The notes under the pieces were generated by a model. That model was not told the origin of the DNA. It searched no databases and saw only the letters and a program-made list of their open reading frames with translations. A stretch of DNA of 64,000 nucleotides from Candidatus Nomurabacteria bacterium (GTDB taxonomy: Bacteria > Patescibacteriota > Minisyncoccia > Phycocordibacterales > UBA918), in assembly GCA_023898525.1 (NCBI GenBank), contig CP060227.1, positions 557,634 through 621,633 of the forward strand. Direction: 5' to 3'. The translations under genes were made by a program, and so were the position numbers. Below, piece by piece: positions 1 to 8,054 of this stretch; the first letter of the stretch is position 1, and every line of letters begins with the position of its first letter.

Positions 1-332
1 AACTCCTTTAATAAATCGTAATCAAACTCACCACCCAGCTTGTTCGAACCGATGAGGTACTGGTCCGCTTCTTTTTTAGTAAATTGACGACTTGGTACTC
101 TGACATCAATCTGTTCATTACCTCGCCCCAATAGCTGTAACGCCCTCATTCTTTGATGACCGGCCAAAATAGTCCCGTCTTTGTTCAGGCAGGGTATCTC
201 AGCTAAACCAAATTTTTTGAGACTCTTTTTAAGTGCTGACATTTGTGTGTCAGTGATTTTTCTTGGGTTTACTTTTTGTGGAATGAGTTCATCCACGGTG
301 CGTACTTCGGTACGCCAGATAATCTTTTTCAT
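1..332 (-). CDS. ParB-like nuclease domain protein. The N-terminal part lies in the window; the gene runs off the window start.
   Basis: The reverse-strand translation begins with ATG at 330-332: MKKIIWRTEVRTVDELIPQKVNPRKITDTQMSALKKSLKKFGLAEIPCLNKDGTILAGHQRMRALQLLGRGNEQIDV... The ILAGHQRMRAL segment resembles the ParB/Sulfiredoxin GxxR motif. The gene is absent from the ORF track because it is truncated by the window edge. Confidence 0.6.
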   Translation of the reverse strand, partial: MKKIIWRTEVRTVDELIPQKVNPRKITDTQMSALKKSLKKFGLAEIPCLNKDGTILAGHQRMRALQLLGRGNEQIDVRVPSRQFTKKEADQYLIGSNKLGGEFDYDLLKE

Positions 333-400
333 AATTAAAATATGCTTACCAATAAAGTTGGTAAGCGTATTAGACACCGCAGTGTCACTTTCTCGGGGTA

Positions 401-1213
401 TTAGTTATCGATCGGTAACTCTGTATTAAGTCCAAGTCGTTTTCGCACAGTAGCAACGATACGTTTAATGTTGTCCATGTCCATCTTTTGGTCGTTGGTT
501 TCTTTCAGGTACAAAGAATAAGTTATTTCATCTAGGTGGCGCTCGTCACCAGACGCCTTCCTTTCTCTGGCCAGCTCATACAACTCATAAATACGATAGT
601 CACGATCAAAATTCTTCCACTCTTGGTTTCTGTCTAATTCCTTCCTGATAAACTCTTGCTCACTGCGTATAAAATTCCAACCTTGTACGATGTCATCCTT
701 AACAGTCCATGGAAATATTTTCACAAACATCTCTAATTTGCCGGTCTTGTCATTACGTTCGTGGACAACTGTAAAAGAAGGGTCGGTTATCTCATCTTTA
801 CCGAGAAAGACATGGTGAATGAGAAACTCATGAATTTCCTCGTCCTTAGAATCAAATCCATATTTCGCCGCAACATCTCTTAGATATTGTCCGTAGATAG
901 GTGGGACATGTTTTGCTTTCTCAGTTTCAAAATCGTCCATGGCTTCACTACCATAAATTTTATTATCATCAGGGTTGGCGTACTTCACCCATAACTCTTT
1001 GATGGTATCTGAATGCTCATACTTGCTCCAAACTTGCCAAAACTCTTCGTTCCACTTTAGGTATTCTCTGTATGAATCAAAACCGTCTGCAGGAACAGGA
1101 ACGTCATATTTAGCAAACTCACTTTTTAGCCGTGCAATATCGCTCTGAAAATCCTTGTTCTTGAGCAGAGCTTTGATTTTGTAGTAGCGCTCGTTGTATA
1201 CAGGCTTTTGCAT
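401..1213 (-). CDS. Hypothetical protein (270 aa) immediately upstream of the ParB-like gene on the same strand.
   Basis: Long uninterrupted ORF. I recognise no motif. It lies 68 nt upstream of the ParB-like gene, so the two are probably co-transcribed. Confidence 0.5.
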   Translation of the reverse strand: MQKPVYNERYYKIKALLKNKDFQSDIARLKSEFAKYDVPVPADGFDSYREYLKWNEEFWQVWSKYEHSDTIKELWVKYANPDDNKIYGSEAMDDFETEKAKHVPPIYGQYLRDVAAKYGFDSKDEEIHEFLIHHVFLGKDEITDPSFTVVHERNDKTGKLEMFVKIFPWTVKDDIVQGWNFIRSEQEFIRKELDRNQEWKNFDRDYRIYELYELARERKASGDERHLDEITYSLYLKETNDQKMDMDNIKRIVATVRKRLGLNTELPIDN

Positions 1214-1894
1214 AAACGTATTATAGACGATATGGACTTAAAGGGTGCGATTTTGCAAATCTCTATTGAACTAGAGAAACATCAACCAGAAACATTTAGT
1301 AGTACGTGGATATACACCTATGCACCACAGGCATATCGGTACGCTTTTAAAAACGTTCGCTTAGATACAGGCGGTATTGATTGGGATGTGATAACTGGAA
1401 AGTTAGATCGTACGTATCAAAAACGATGGACTAGATATCGGTATAAACAGGCTAAGCAATACGCGAGGCAGTCAGAAGTTGATTTAATTTTGAAGAGATA
1501 TCGAAATAGGTTGTATACCTTTATCGCCCAAGCAAGTGATGAAGATAAAAAGATTCAAGACCGGATGATTATTCTGCTCGTTCGTCTGAGTCAGAAAGGT
1601 AATGTATTAGCCCAAGCAGAACTTATTAAGTGGGTTACCTATATTACGAATGATTGGTTAGATCAGTACCCGCAAATGTATCGTTGGAAAGGATATGAAG
1701 ATGAAGTGCCAGATAAGATAAAAGCTTGTATACGTTGCTATCGGTATACAGGTTCATTCCTTGGATACTTATTTAAAACACTAGAATACTCAGCTCGTGG
1801 CAAGCCACCAAGAGTTTCACTTGATGACAAAATATTTGATGGCAATGCCACAAGAATAGAGTATGCAAAAGTAGATGATTTAGTTAAATACTAA
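1208..1894 (+). CDS. Hypothetical basic protein rich in Trp, Tyr and Arg, divergent from 401..1213.
   Basis: A 228-aa ORF. The listed start is a TTG that overlaps the ATG of the divergent gene. The likely true start is the ATG at 1232 (MDLKGAILQ...). I recognise no domain. Confidence 0.4.
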   Translation: MHKRIIDDMDLKGAILQISIELEKHQPETFSSTWIYTYAPQAYRYAFKNVRLDTGGIDWDVITGKLDRTYQKRWTRYRYKQAKQYARQSEVDLILKRYRNRLYTFIAQASDEDKKIQDRMIILLVRLSQKGNVLAQAELIKWVTYITNDWLDQYPQMYRWKGYEDEVPDKIKACIRCYRYTGSFLGYLFKTLEYSARGKPPRVSLDDKIFDGNATRIEYAKVDDLVKY

Positions 1895-1944
1895 ATTTGA
1901 TTTAAACTATTGATAATAATCAAATACTGTACACTTAAAAAAAT

Positions 1945-2130
1945 ATGGAACTAGCCGACCAAAAACAACTTGTAATCAATAAACTAATTGAAAAAGGGTA
2001 CACAAAGGAGCAAGCCGAAGGTTTTATAAATGCACTCCAAGATACCGACCTTGCACGACAAGTAAATGAACTTACAACCGCACTCATAACGGTAGTAGCG
2101 ACTGATATTGCGTCAGAGCTATTGCTATAA
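1945..2130 (+). CDS. Small hypothetical protein (61 aa).
   Basis: Short ORF in an accessory block. This is a weak call. Confidence 0.25.
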   Translation: MELADQKQLVINKLIEKGYTKEQAEGFINALQDTDLARQVNELTTALITVVATDIASELLL

Positions 2131-2347
2131 ACAGGTCCTGATGAAAACCTTTTTTAGAAACATTTTTACGATTGAAGCACCATTTGGCGAAATATGGTTA
2201 TCTCTAGCTATTGTAGTGATGCTGTTTTTGACACAGGTAATCGACATCAGTACCACACTCGGTTTGATTGCGAGTGGTTTGTTCTTGATCTGTATCTACT
2301 TGCTTGGTTATCTTATCCAAAAACTTTGGCATAGATACGTAAAATAA
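2108..2347 (+). CDS. Small two-TM membrane protein with a basic C-terminal tail (holin-like topology).
   Basis: There are two hydrophobic segments (LSLAIVVMLFLTQVI and LGLIASGLFLICIYLLGYLI) followed by KLWHRYVK. The probable start is the ATG near 2141 (MKTFF...). Confidence 0.3.
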   Translation: MRQSYCYKQVLMKTFFRNIFTIEAPFGEIWLSLAIVVMLFLTQVIDISTTLGLIASGLFLICIYLLGYLIQKLWHRYVK

Positions 2348-2356
2348 CTTTGTTTT

Positions 2357-2740
2357 GTGTTATATTCTCCTTCAATGGAAGCATACAAACCAGAGAAAGA
2401 ACAACAAATGAACGAGGGGCTACGTGAGTTTATTCACGAACTTTCTGAAACAACTGGTGAGTATCTACCAGTTGAATACGTTGATGGAACGTACGAGATA
2501 GAAGCTGACAACTTCACTCTGACGTTCACCAACGAAGACGAGGTCTTTGAAATCCGCAGTATTGATGTGCGTGGCAATGCTGGTCTTGGTCGCCAGATTG
2601 TCTCTGCTATTCACAACTATGCGGATGAACACGGTTTTGAGGTCATCGCCAGCAATGTGCTTGATACGGCACGAGGGTTCTGGGAGAAGATGGGCTACCA
2701 AGAGGGAGACGCTGAAGACGAGTATTTCCGAGCAGCTTAA
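2357..2740 (+). CDS. GNAT-family N-acetyltransferase-like small protein.
   Basis: VRGNAGLGRQIV resembles GNAT motif A (R/Q-x-x-G-x-G/A). The C-terminal GFWEKMGY is typical of the GNAT fold. A stem-loop plus T-run terminator follows at 2765-2785. Confidence 0.45.
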   Translation: MLYSPSMEAYKPEKEQQMNEGLREFIHELSETTGEYLPVEYVDGTYEIEADNFTLTFTNEDEVFEIRSIDVRGNAGLGRQIVSAIHNYADEHGFEVIASNVLDTARGFWEKMGYQEGDAEDEYFRAA

Positions 2741-2764
2741 CCATTCCAACAAGACACTGATGGT

Positions 2765-2793
2765 CGCCCTACGGGGCGGCTTTTTGCTATAAT
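2765..2793 (+). promoter_or_regulatory. Intrinsic terminator (cgccc-tacg-gggcg followed by TTTTT) overlapping a perfect -10 box TATAAT at 2788-2793, which sits 7 nt before the ATG at 2801.
   Basis: Seen directly in the sequence. The -10 box lies so close to the start codon that a leaderless or very short-leader mRNA for 2801..3190 is possible. Confidence 0.4.
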
Positions 2794-2800
2794 CAACTCA

Positions 2801-3190
2801 ATGAAGCTAACAGCCAGTCTTATTCTCACGTTTCTGCTCGGTGCGATGTTCGTGAGTCTGTTCCACATGTCGATGGGTATGGATATGCATGGTGGTATGT
2901 CTGACTGTCCGTTTATGGCACACGAGGAGGTAATCTGCCCAATGGATTTAGCTGACCATCTTGCAGCATGGAAGTCTGTCTTTCTGGCAGTCGCCCCAAC
3001 CATTGTTCTTTTGCTGGCAATAACTGGTGCGATGGTATTAGTAGCTACCGTTGCTCCGCATCTCTTCACTCCCAAACGTAGACCCGCACCGATACTACCC
3101 AGATTATTGCGTGAGCGTACATACAGTTTTTCATACCGACCACTCCAAGAATTATTTTCAAACGGCATCCTTCACCCCAAAGTTTTCTAG
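2801..3190 (+). CDS. Met/His/Cys-rich membrane protein, putative metal (copper) binding.
   Basis: The N-terminus has a signal/TM segment followed by HMSMGMDMHGGMSDCPFMAHEEVICPMD, which resembles MxxM/MxM copper-binding motifs. A second TM segment follows. The protein is paired with a DUF305 gene. Confidence 0.5.
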   Translation: MKLTASLILTFLLGAMFVSLFHMSMGMDMHGGMSDCPFMAHEEVICPMDLADHLAAWKSVFLAVAPTIVLLLAITGAMVLVATVAPHLFTPKRRPAPILPRLLRERTYSFSYRPLQELFSNGILHPKVF

Positions 3191-3227
3191 TGAGTAGCTT
3201 TCTACTTTATTCACTAATCTAAACAAA

Positions 3228-3887
3228 ATGAACAATCAAACTATTTTGGTAGCTATCATCGCACTTCTCATTGGTGGAATTGGTGGTTATGCTATTACAG
3301 ACAAAGATAAATCTTACGGAGACAGAGGGTACGACAAACAAATGTCAGATAATGTGCCAATGGGCATGCATCGTATGCCTGACGGTACACTAATGGGCAA
3401 TCCTACTGATGACGGTGTGGGTGGTATGAGCCAAATGGATCATATGATGGCCATGATGGTTTCAAGTGAACGTGAGTTTATCGAAGGTATGATTCCTCAT
3501 CACCAAGAAGCGGTAGATACCGCCAACGAAGTGATTGAACGTGGTGGCTCAAAACCTGAGATTAAACAATTGGTAGAAGATATCGTCGTTGCTCAAGAAG
3601 CGGAGATTGCTGAAATGAAGCAATGGTATGAAGACTGGTACGGTGAGCCATACACTGACAATGGTGAATATATGCCGATGATGCGTGAACTTGCCAATCT
3701 ATCAGGTGCTGAACTCGACCGAGTCTTCCTTGAAGATATGATTGGTCACCACATGGGAGCGATTATGATGGCTCGTAGCGTGCAGCCATATATCGAGCGT
3801 GATGAGATTGCCGAACTGACGCAGGCAATTGTTTCAACTCAATCAGCCGAAATTGCTCAGATGAGACAGATGTTGCAGGGACTATAG
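3228..3887 (+). CDS. DUF305 family protein (ferritin-like, associated with metal/copper resistance).
   Basis: It has an N-terminal TM anchor and a Met/His-rich linker (MGMHRMPDGTLMGNPTDDGVGGMSQMDHMMAMM). The two repeated motifs MIPHHQEAV and MIGHHMGAIMMA are typical of DUF305. Confidence 0.75.
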   Translation: MNNQTILVAIIALLIGGIGGYAITDKDKSYGDRGYDKQMSDNVPMGMHRMPDGTLMGNPTDDGVGGMSQMDHMMAMMVSSEREFIEGMIPHHQEAVDTANEVIERGGSKPEIKQLVEDIVVAQEAEIAEMKQWYEDWYGEPYTDNGEYMPMMRELANLSGAELDRVFLEDMIGHHMGAIMMARSVQPYIERDEIAELTQAIVSTQSAEIAQMRQMLQGL

Positions 3888-3904
3888 ACCAACAGCTGTA
3901 TTAA

Positions 3905-3939
3905 GAAAACAACCACTCTTTAAGAGAGTGGTTGTTTTC
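3905..3939. terminator. Bidirectional intrinsic terminator: a perfect 15-bp stem with loop ttaa, flanked by A/T runs.
   Basis: gaaaacaaccactct-ttaa-gagagtggttgttttc. Confidence 0.7.
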
Positions 3940-3947
3940 TTAAAAAA

Positions 3948-4001
3948 GTGACATTTGCGTGTCACATTGTGACACTGGTGTTTTTGTGTCACTTTTGTCA
4001 C
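3948..4001. promoter_or_regulatory. Operator-like cluster of GTGTCAC/GTGACAC half-sites.
   Basis: A perfect inverted repeat gtgtcaca-t-tgtgacac lies at 3959-3975. More copies of gtgacat/gtgtcac/gtcac occur at 3948-3954, 3986-3992 and 3997-4001. A GACGCGTC palindrome lies near 4013-4022. The cluster sits at the left edge of the R-M island. Confidence 0.3.
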
Positions 4002-4162
4002 TTTTTTTGCGCACGAGACGCGTCGAAATACAAAAGTTTGCAAATAGCTATTACGTCAAACCCTGCTTGACGGTTTGTGGGTTCTTGCCCGAGACCGCCC
4101 GCACAAAGCACCTGTTATCGGCAGACCCGAAGGCCTTTATTTTGAGCCAATCTGCCAAATAA

Positions 4163-4212
4163 GGTAAAACCAAAAAGTTCGAACCTAGAAGGGTCCGAAC
4201 TTTTTTGGTTTT
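4163..4212. terminator. Long hairpin terminator just downstream of the RloC-like gene.
   Basis: aaaaccaaaaagttcgaac-ctagaagg-gtccgaacttttttggtttt: arms of about 19 bp with one bulge. Confidence 0.65.
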
Positions 4213-4213
4213 A

Positions 4214-6439
4214 TTAGAGTATCTTCATTAGCTCAAAAGCATCTCTTATGTCTTTTTTGTAGTCTTCAATACCGAGTTGGGCAGTAGGATATTGACTTGT
4301 ACCGGAGTGATCGTGGTGCGCTTGATTAGTTAAGATTGCCTCAATATTTGTTCTTCGACTTGTCATTACATAGGAACCGCCTGGCTGTTCTAGTTTTGTG
4401 AGCATGTCACCTACAGTGTTAATCTCTTTGGTAATCTCAAGTGGATATTTAGTCTTGAGAATGTGTTCTATTACTTTACGTATGCTCGCATGAGCATTTT
4501 TTACGAAAGCTAAATCCTGTGAGGAATTAGCATTCTTCATATCTGCAATCCAACAATTGTAGTCACTCATAAACTCAGCATCGTCATGAGGACTACATGC
4601 TATAAAATCAGTTCCACTCGTTGTATCCATAGACAATCTTAGGAAAGTGGCGGTTGCATCACTAGAATTTTCAGCGTGTAGAAGCTGATAAAAACCCTTT
4701 TCATGAGTGAGGAGGACTAGTTGCTTACCGGTATCCTTTAAGATTCTCTTTATTTCAGTAAGAATAATTCTCTTTCGATCAGAGTCGAAGCTAGAAACAG
4801 GATCATCCATGACAACGACCTTGATTGCTGAATCGTTCTTTACAGTAGCAAGGAAGAACGCGAGAGCAAGTACCCATTTATCACTGTCGCTCAAAGCGTT
4901 CTTAATGGTCATTTCACCGTCGTCTCCATCATTAGATATCTCGCTTCCTGACATACTTAACACAAGTAAGTCTTGCCTTTGATTTCCCTTAAAATTAAAT
5001 TTTGTGACCGTGAAATCACAATTACAAGCACTAAGCACGTCATTGATATCCTGTAACATGGATGCTGACAAGCCATTTGCGTAGACTAAATACTCCTCCC
5101 AGAGTTTAGTCTTTTCAGCACTTAACGTTACGTTTTCCTTCTTTGCTTTTTGATAGCTTTCACATCTGTCTTTCCAAGAACTAAATCTTTCTTTGTTTGC
5201 TTCCAGTAATTTTAACGACGTCTCCAACTCCGCTTTTTTCTCAGTTGGATTGGTGAAATTAAGCAGTTCTTTATCAATTGTTGCTATATGCGCTACAGCT
5301 TTCGAGGAAATATCTGTAAAAGGTGTGGTATCAAAATCAGTTGCCAAATCATCCTTCTTATCAGCAACCGCCTTCTCACAAGAACCATATGGACCGTCAA
5401 CATCAGTAAAATCTATAGCTAAATCATAGCCTGCCTGCTTAAGGTCAGTTTTGATCCTACTAATCTCTGCCGTAAAGCTATCCTGTGGAAATAATGCTTC
5501 AGCATCTTTTATTGCTTGCTGTAAAGTTCTGTACTTATCGTTATAGATAAGATCGATAGTCTTCAAGAACTCTTTTACCGAAGGTTCAGTAATCTCTTGT
5601 GTACAAAATGGGCAGTATTCTTTCTCAGTTCGAGCACGTAACTTTGATCCTGTCTGTAAGAAGGAACTGTAGGACTGTTTACTTTCTTTCTGATTTACAT
5701 GACTATCGTAATGCTTAGTGACTAGCTCGCTATTTACTGAAAGTTTCTCTGAAATATTTGTACTATCAAAATCCCTGTATCGTTCAAGCAGACTTTTTAT
5801 ACTGCCGAGTTTACTCGATATCAACTCAGAATTTTTAATCTTATCGAGAGAGTTCTTTTCTTCCTCGATTTTGCGATCAATGTCAGCGACTTCTGTAAGT
5901 CCAAGAAAATCGTCAAATGATAGACCACCTAATAGGTTTTTGTTTCTGTTGTACTCTGAACTAACCGATGTCTGAGTTCGTGTATTTTCAGCAATCTGCT
6001 CAGTGAGTTTTGTAATATTCGCGTTATACTCAGCACCTTTAGCACCGAGCATAAAAGCTTCAATATTCTTTTGTTGTTCCTGTCCGATTTGCTGATTCTG
6101 TGTGTATACACTTTCTCTTACAAAGTGATTGTCAAAGACGATGATGTCCTTATATTCTGCACTCCACTTTGCCTCATCAGTAGTGTATCTGTATTCACCT
6201 GTTGGGGTGGTAACTTCAGGAATAATTTTAACTGTCTGTTTCTGAGTTCCAATCGTTTTCCTTCCAATAATATAATCTGTTCTGTTTTCCTTTAGTGCGC
6301 GAAAGATTGCAGTCAGAGTACTCTTCCCGTGAGTGTTTTTACCGTAGATAAAAGTATTCTTTTTAAAGAACTGTGCATCCCCATCAGTTTTTGCTGATTT
6401 GAAACGTCCTACGTTAGTAATCTCAATTTTCTTTATCAT
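4214..6439 (-). CDS. rloC: RloC/PrrC-like restriction-linked anticodon nuclease. It has an ABC/SMC-type ATPase head, a coiled coil with a CxxC zinc hook, and a C-terminal nuclease-like region.
   Basis: Walker A is GKNTHGKST at the N-terminus. The Walker B/D-loop is VVVMDDPVSSFD. A long Lys/Glu-rich coiled coil carries a central CPFC, a Rad50-like hook as in RloC. A His-rich C-terminus resembles the PrrC ACNase region. The gene lies directly downstream of hsdS in the same operon, the classic prr/rlo arrangement. Confidence 0.6.
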   Translation of the reverse strand: MIKKIEITNVGRFKSAKTDGDAQFFKKNTFIYGKNTHGKSTLTAIFRALKENRTDYIIGRKTIGTQKQTVKIIPEVTTPTGEYRYTTDEAKWSAEYKDIIVFDNHFVRESVYTQNQQIGQEQQKNIEAFMLGAKGAEYNANITKLTEQIAENTRTQTSVSSEYNRNKNLLGGLSFDDFLGLTEVADIDRKIEEEKNSLDKIKNSELISSKLGSIKSLLERYRDFDSTNISEKLSVNSELVTKHYDSHVNQKESKQSYSSFLQTGSKLRARTEKEYCPFCTQEITEPSVKEFLKTIDLIYNDKYRTLQQAIKDAEALFPQDSFTAEISRIKTDLKQAGYDLAIDFTDVDGPYGSCEKAVADKKDDLATDFDTTPFTDISSKAVAHIATIDKELLNFTNPTEKKAELETSLKLLEANKERFSSWKDRCESYQKAKKENVTLSAEKTKLWEEYLVYANGLSASMLQDINDVLSACNCDFTVTKFNFKGNQRQDLLVLSMSGSEISNDGDDGEMTIKNALSDSDKWVLALAFFLATVKNDSAIKVVVMDDPVSSFDSDRKRIILTEIKRILKDTGKQLVLLTHEKGFYQLLHAENSSDATATFLRLSMDTTSGTDFIACSPHDDAEFMSDYNCWIADMKNANSSQDLAFVKNAHASIRKVIEHILKTKYPLEITKEINTVGDMLTKLEQPGGSYVMTSRRTNIEAILTNQAHHDHSGTSQYPTAQLGIEDYKKDIRDAFELMKIL

Positions 6440-6440
6440 G

Positions 6441-8054
6441 TTAAATAACCGCCTTCAGTGTGCTTACCATCTCCATCAACTCTTCAACCTTTTTTACGAT
6501 GCGTTTTTGCTCAGCAAGGGGTGGGAGTGGCACTATACAAGATGACCATCTTGTAAGATTCACAAGAGGTGTTGCTCCACCAGAAGCTTTGCTCCAAACT
6601 AATTTCTGAAAGTATTCAGTCTGAAAGACAAAAGACAGATAGCGACCGTCAGTGTGAAATGGCGTGATTTTATTTATCTGCTGATTGAAAGTATAGGTTC
6701 CGTCAACGTATGCCGATTTCCCAATTGTGCCACCTATGCAAACCATTAGGACGTCGCCGGGGTGAAGATACTTTGACTCTGAAGCACCTTGAGTAGTAAC
6801 TAATTTTGAGTATGAATTAATCGTTCTGTTCTGAATGTCACCGGGACCAATAAATGGAATTTCTCCTCCATAATTTCCATTCACGCCAGTACGTGGAGTT
6901 TTGCCAGTATCCAGTTTACCAATCTCAATAAGACGTACCCAGCGCCACGATTCAGGTATTTCAAACGGCGTTTCGCCCTCTGCAACATCAAGAACTTTTG
7001 ACTTCTTACCTTTAACTTTATTATTTAGTTCTAATTGAATTTCTGTATACAAATCCTCAGCTGTGCCTTCACTTTTATCTTGAGAGACGAGTTTGCCAGA
7101 AACGGCGAGAGTAAGAATGGCGTTTTCTAGCTCCTTGATATCTTGTGGAGTTTTGATTAGTTCAGTAAGTTGTTCAAAGGCAACTTTCGAATCAGCAGAT
7201 CCGAGTGCTTGCATAGCACTTCGTGTAAGACGAACACGGATCAAATCACGTTCATTTTTTTGTGACTCTAATTCATCGAGCTGCTTCATTACCACTTCAA
7301 TTTTCTCAACGATACGTTCTTGTTCTTTGGGTGGGACAAGGACAAAGACTTCATTCGCAAATGCACTACCAGATATCTCTTTAAATGTGGTACCAGTAGC
7401 CCTTAGGTTTATATCATCAGCTCTAAGTGTTAAAAACCAATATAGAAATTTAGAGTTTATGCCCGAGTGTGGTACCAAAGATTTAAAACCTTGATTTGTT
7501 GTGAGAGGATTTTCAGCAATTCCCACATAACCAATTGGAGCGCGACTTGAAAAAATGACAGAGCCTTTAGGCATCAAGGTTGTTGATGATTTTTTATATG
7601 CCTCTTCAGTGATGTTCTTTTTACCCGACTTAATAAACACTCCACTCTGCTGGCGCATATCAGCTGGGGTAAGCCAAGGAATAGAATTTGGAGTATCAGG
7701 ATCAACGAAATAAGTTGATTTTGTAGTTGATGGCGTACCTCCTCCCACAACTTCGCCTATCTCTACCAATCGTACCCACTTCCAAGACTGTGGTACTTCA
7801 AAGGGTACCTCTTCTTGTGAAATAGGTAATATTTCTCTGGTCTTTTTTCTTCGACTTGAAGCTAATAACCCATCCTTTGTCTTGAGAATTTCATTGTAAA
7901 GATCCTGTGCTGTGCCTTCCTGTTCATCTTGAGCTAGTAGTTGACCAGACATAGCCAAAGTCAGTACCGCTTTTCGTAGACGATTTATTCCATCTGGTAC
8001 TTCTATGAAGTCATTGATATTCTCAGCAACAATTTTTACATCACTTGGTGTCAT
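6441..8054 (-). CDS. hsdS: Type I restriction-modification specificity subunit HsdS with two target-recognition domains.
   Basis: The protein has a duplicated TRD architecture with conserved central and C-terminal coiled-coil repeats (EQERIVEKIEVVMKQLDELE and LPPLAEQKRIVKKVEELMEMV). It overlaps hsdM by 14 nt. Confidence 0.9.
   Translation of the reverse strand: MTPSDVKIVAENINDFIEVPDGINRLRKAVLTLAMSGQLLAQDEQEGTAQDLYNEILKTKDGLLASSRRKKTREILPISQEEVPFEVPQSWKWVRLVEIGEVVGGGTPSTTKSTYFVDPDTPNSIPWLTPADMRQQSGVFIKSGKKNITEEAYKKSSTTLMPKGSVIFSSRAPIGYVGIAENPLTTNQGFKSLVPHSGINSKFLYWFLTLRADDINLRATGTTFKEISGSAFANEVFVLVPPKEQERIVEKIEVVMKQLDELESQKNERDLIRVRLTRSAMQALGSADSKVAFEQLTELIKTPQDIKELENAILTLAVSGKLVSQDKSEGTAEDLYTEIQLELNNKVKGKKSKVLDVAEGETPFEIPESWRWVRLIEIGKLDTGKTPRTGVNGNYGGEIPFIGPGDIQNRTINSYSKLVTTQGASESKYLHPGDVLMVCIGGTIGKSAYVDGTYTFNQQINKITPFHTDGRYLSFVFQTEYFQKLVWSKASGGATPLVNLTRWSSCIVPLPPLAEQKRIVKKVEELMEMVSTLKAVI

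Noticed and set aside
3959-4162. 67-aa plus-strand ORF in the repeat-rich spacer.
   Set aside because: It runs through the operator-like palindromes and the GC-rich palindrome. It has no RBS and an odd composition. It is more likely non-coding regulatory DNA.
4707-6295. Several 60-90-aa plus-strand ORFs (4707..4982, 5193..5429, 5718..5975, 6071..6295) and a minus-strand ORF (5929..6111) inside the RloC-like gene.
   Set aside because: They lie antisense to, or are embedded in, a long well-supported gene. They show low-complexity Ser/Leu-rich translations and no start context. They are typical shadow ORFs.
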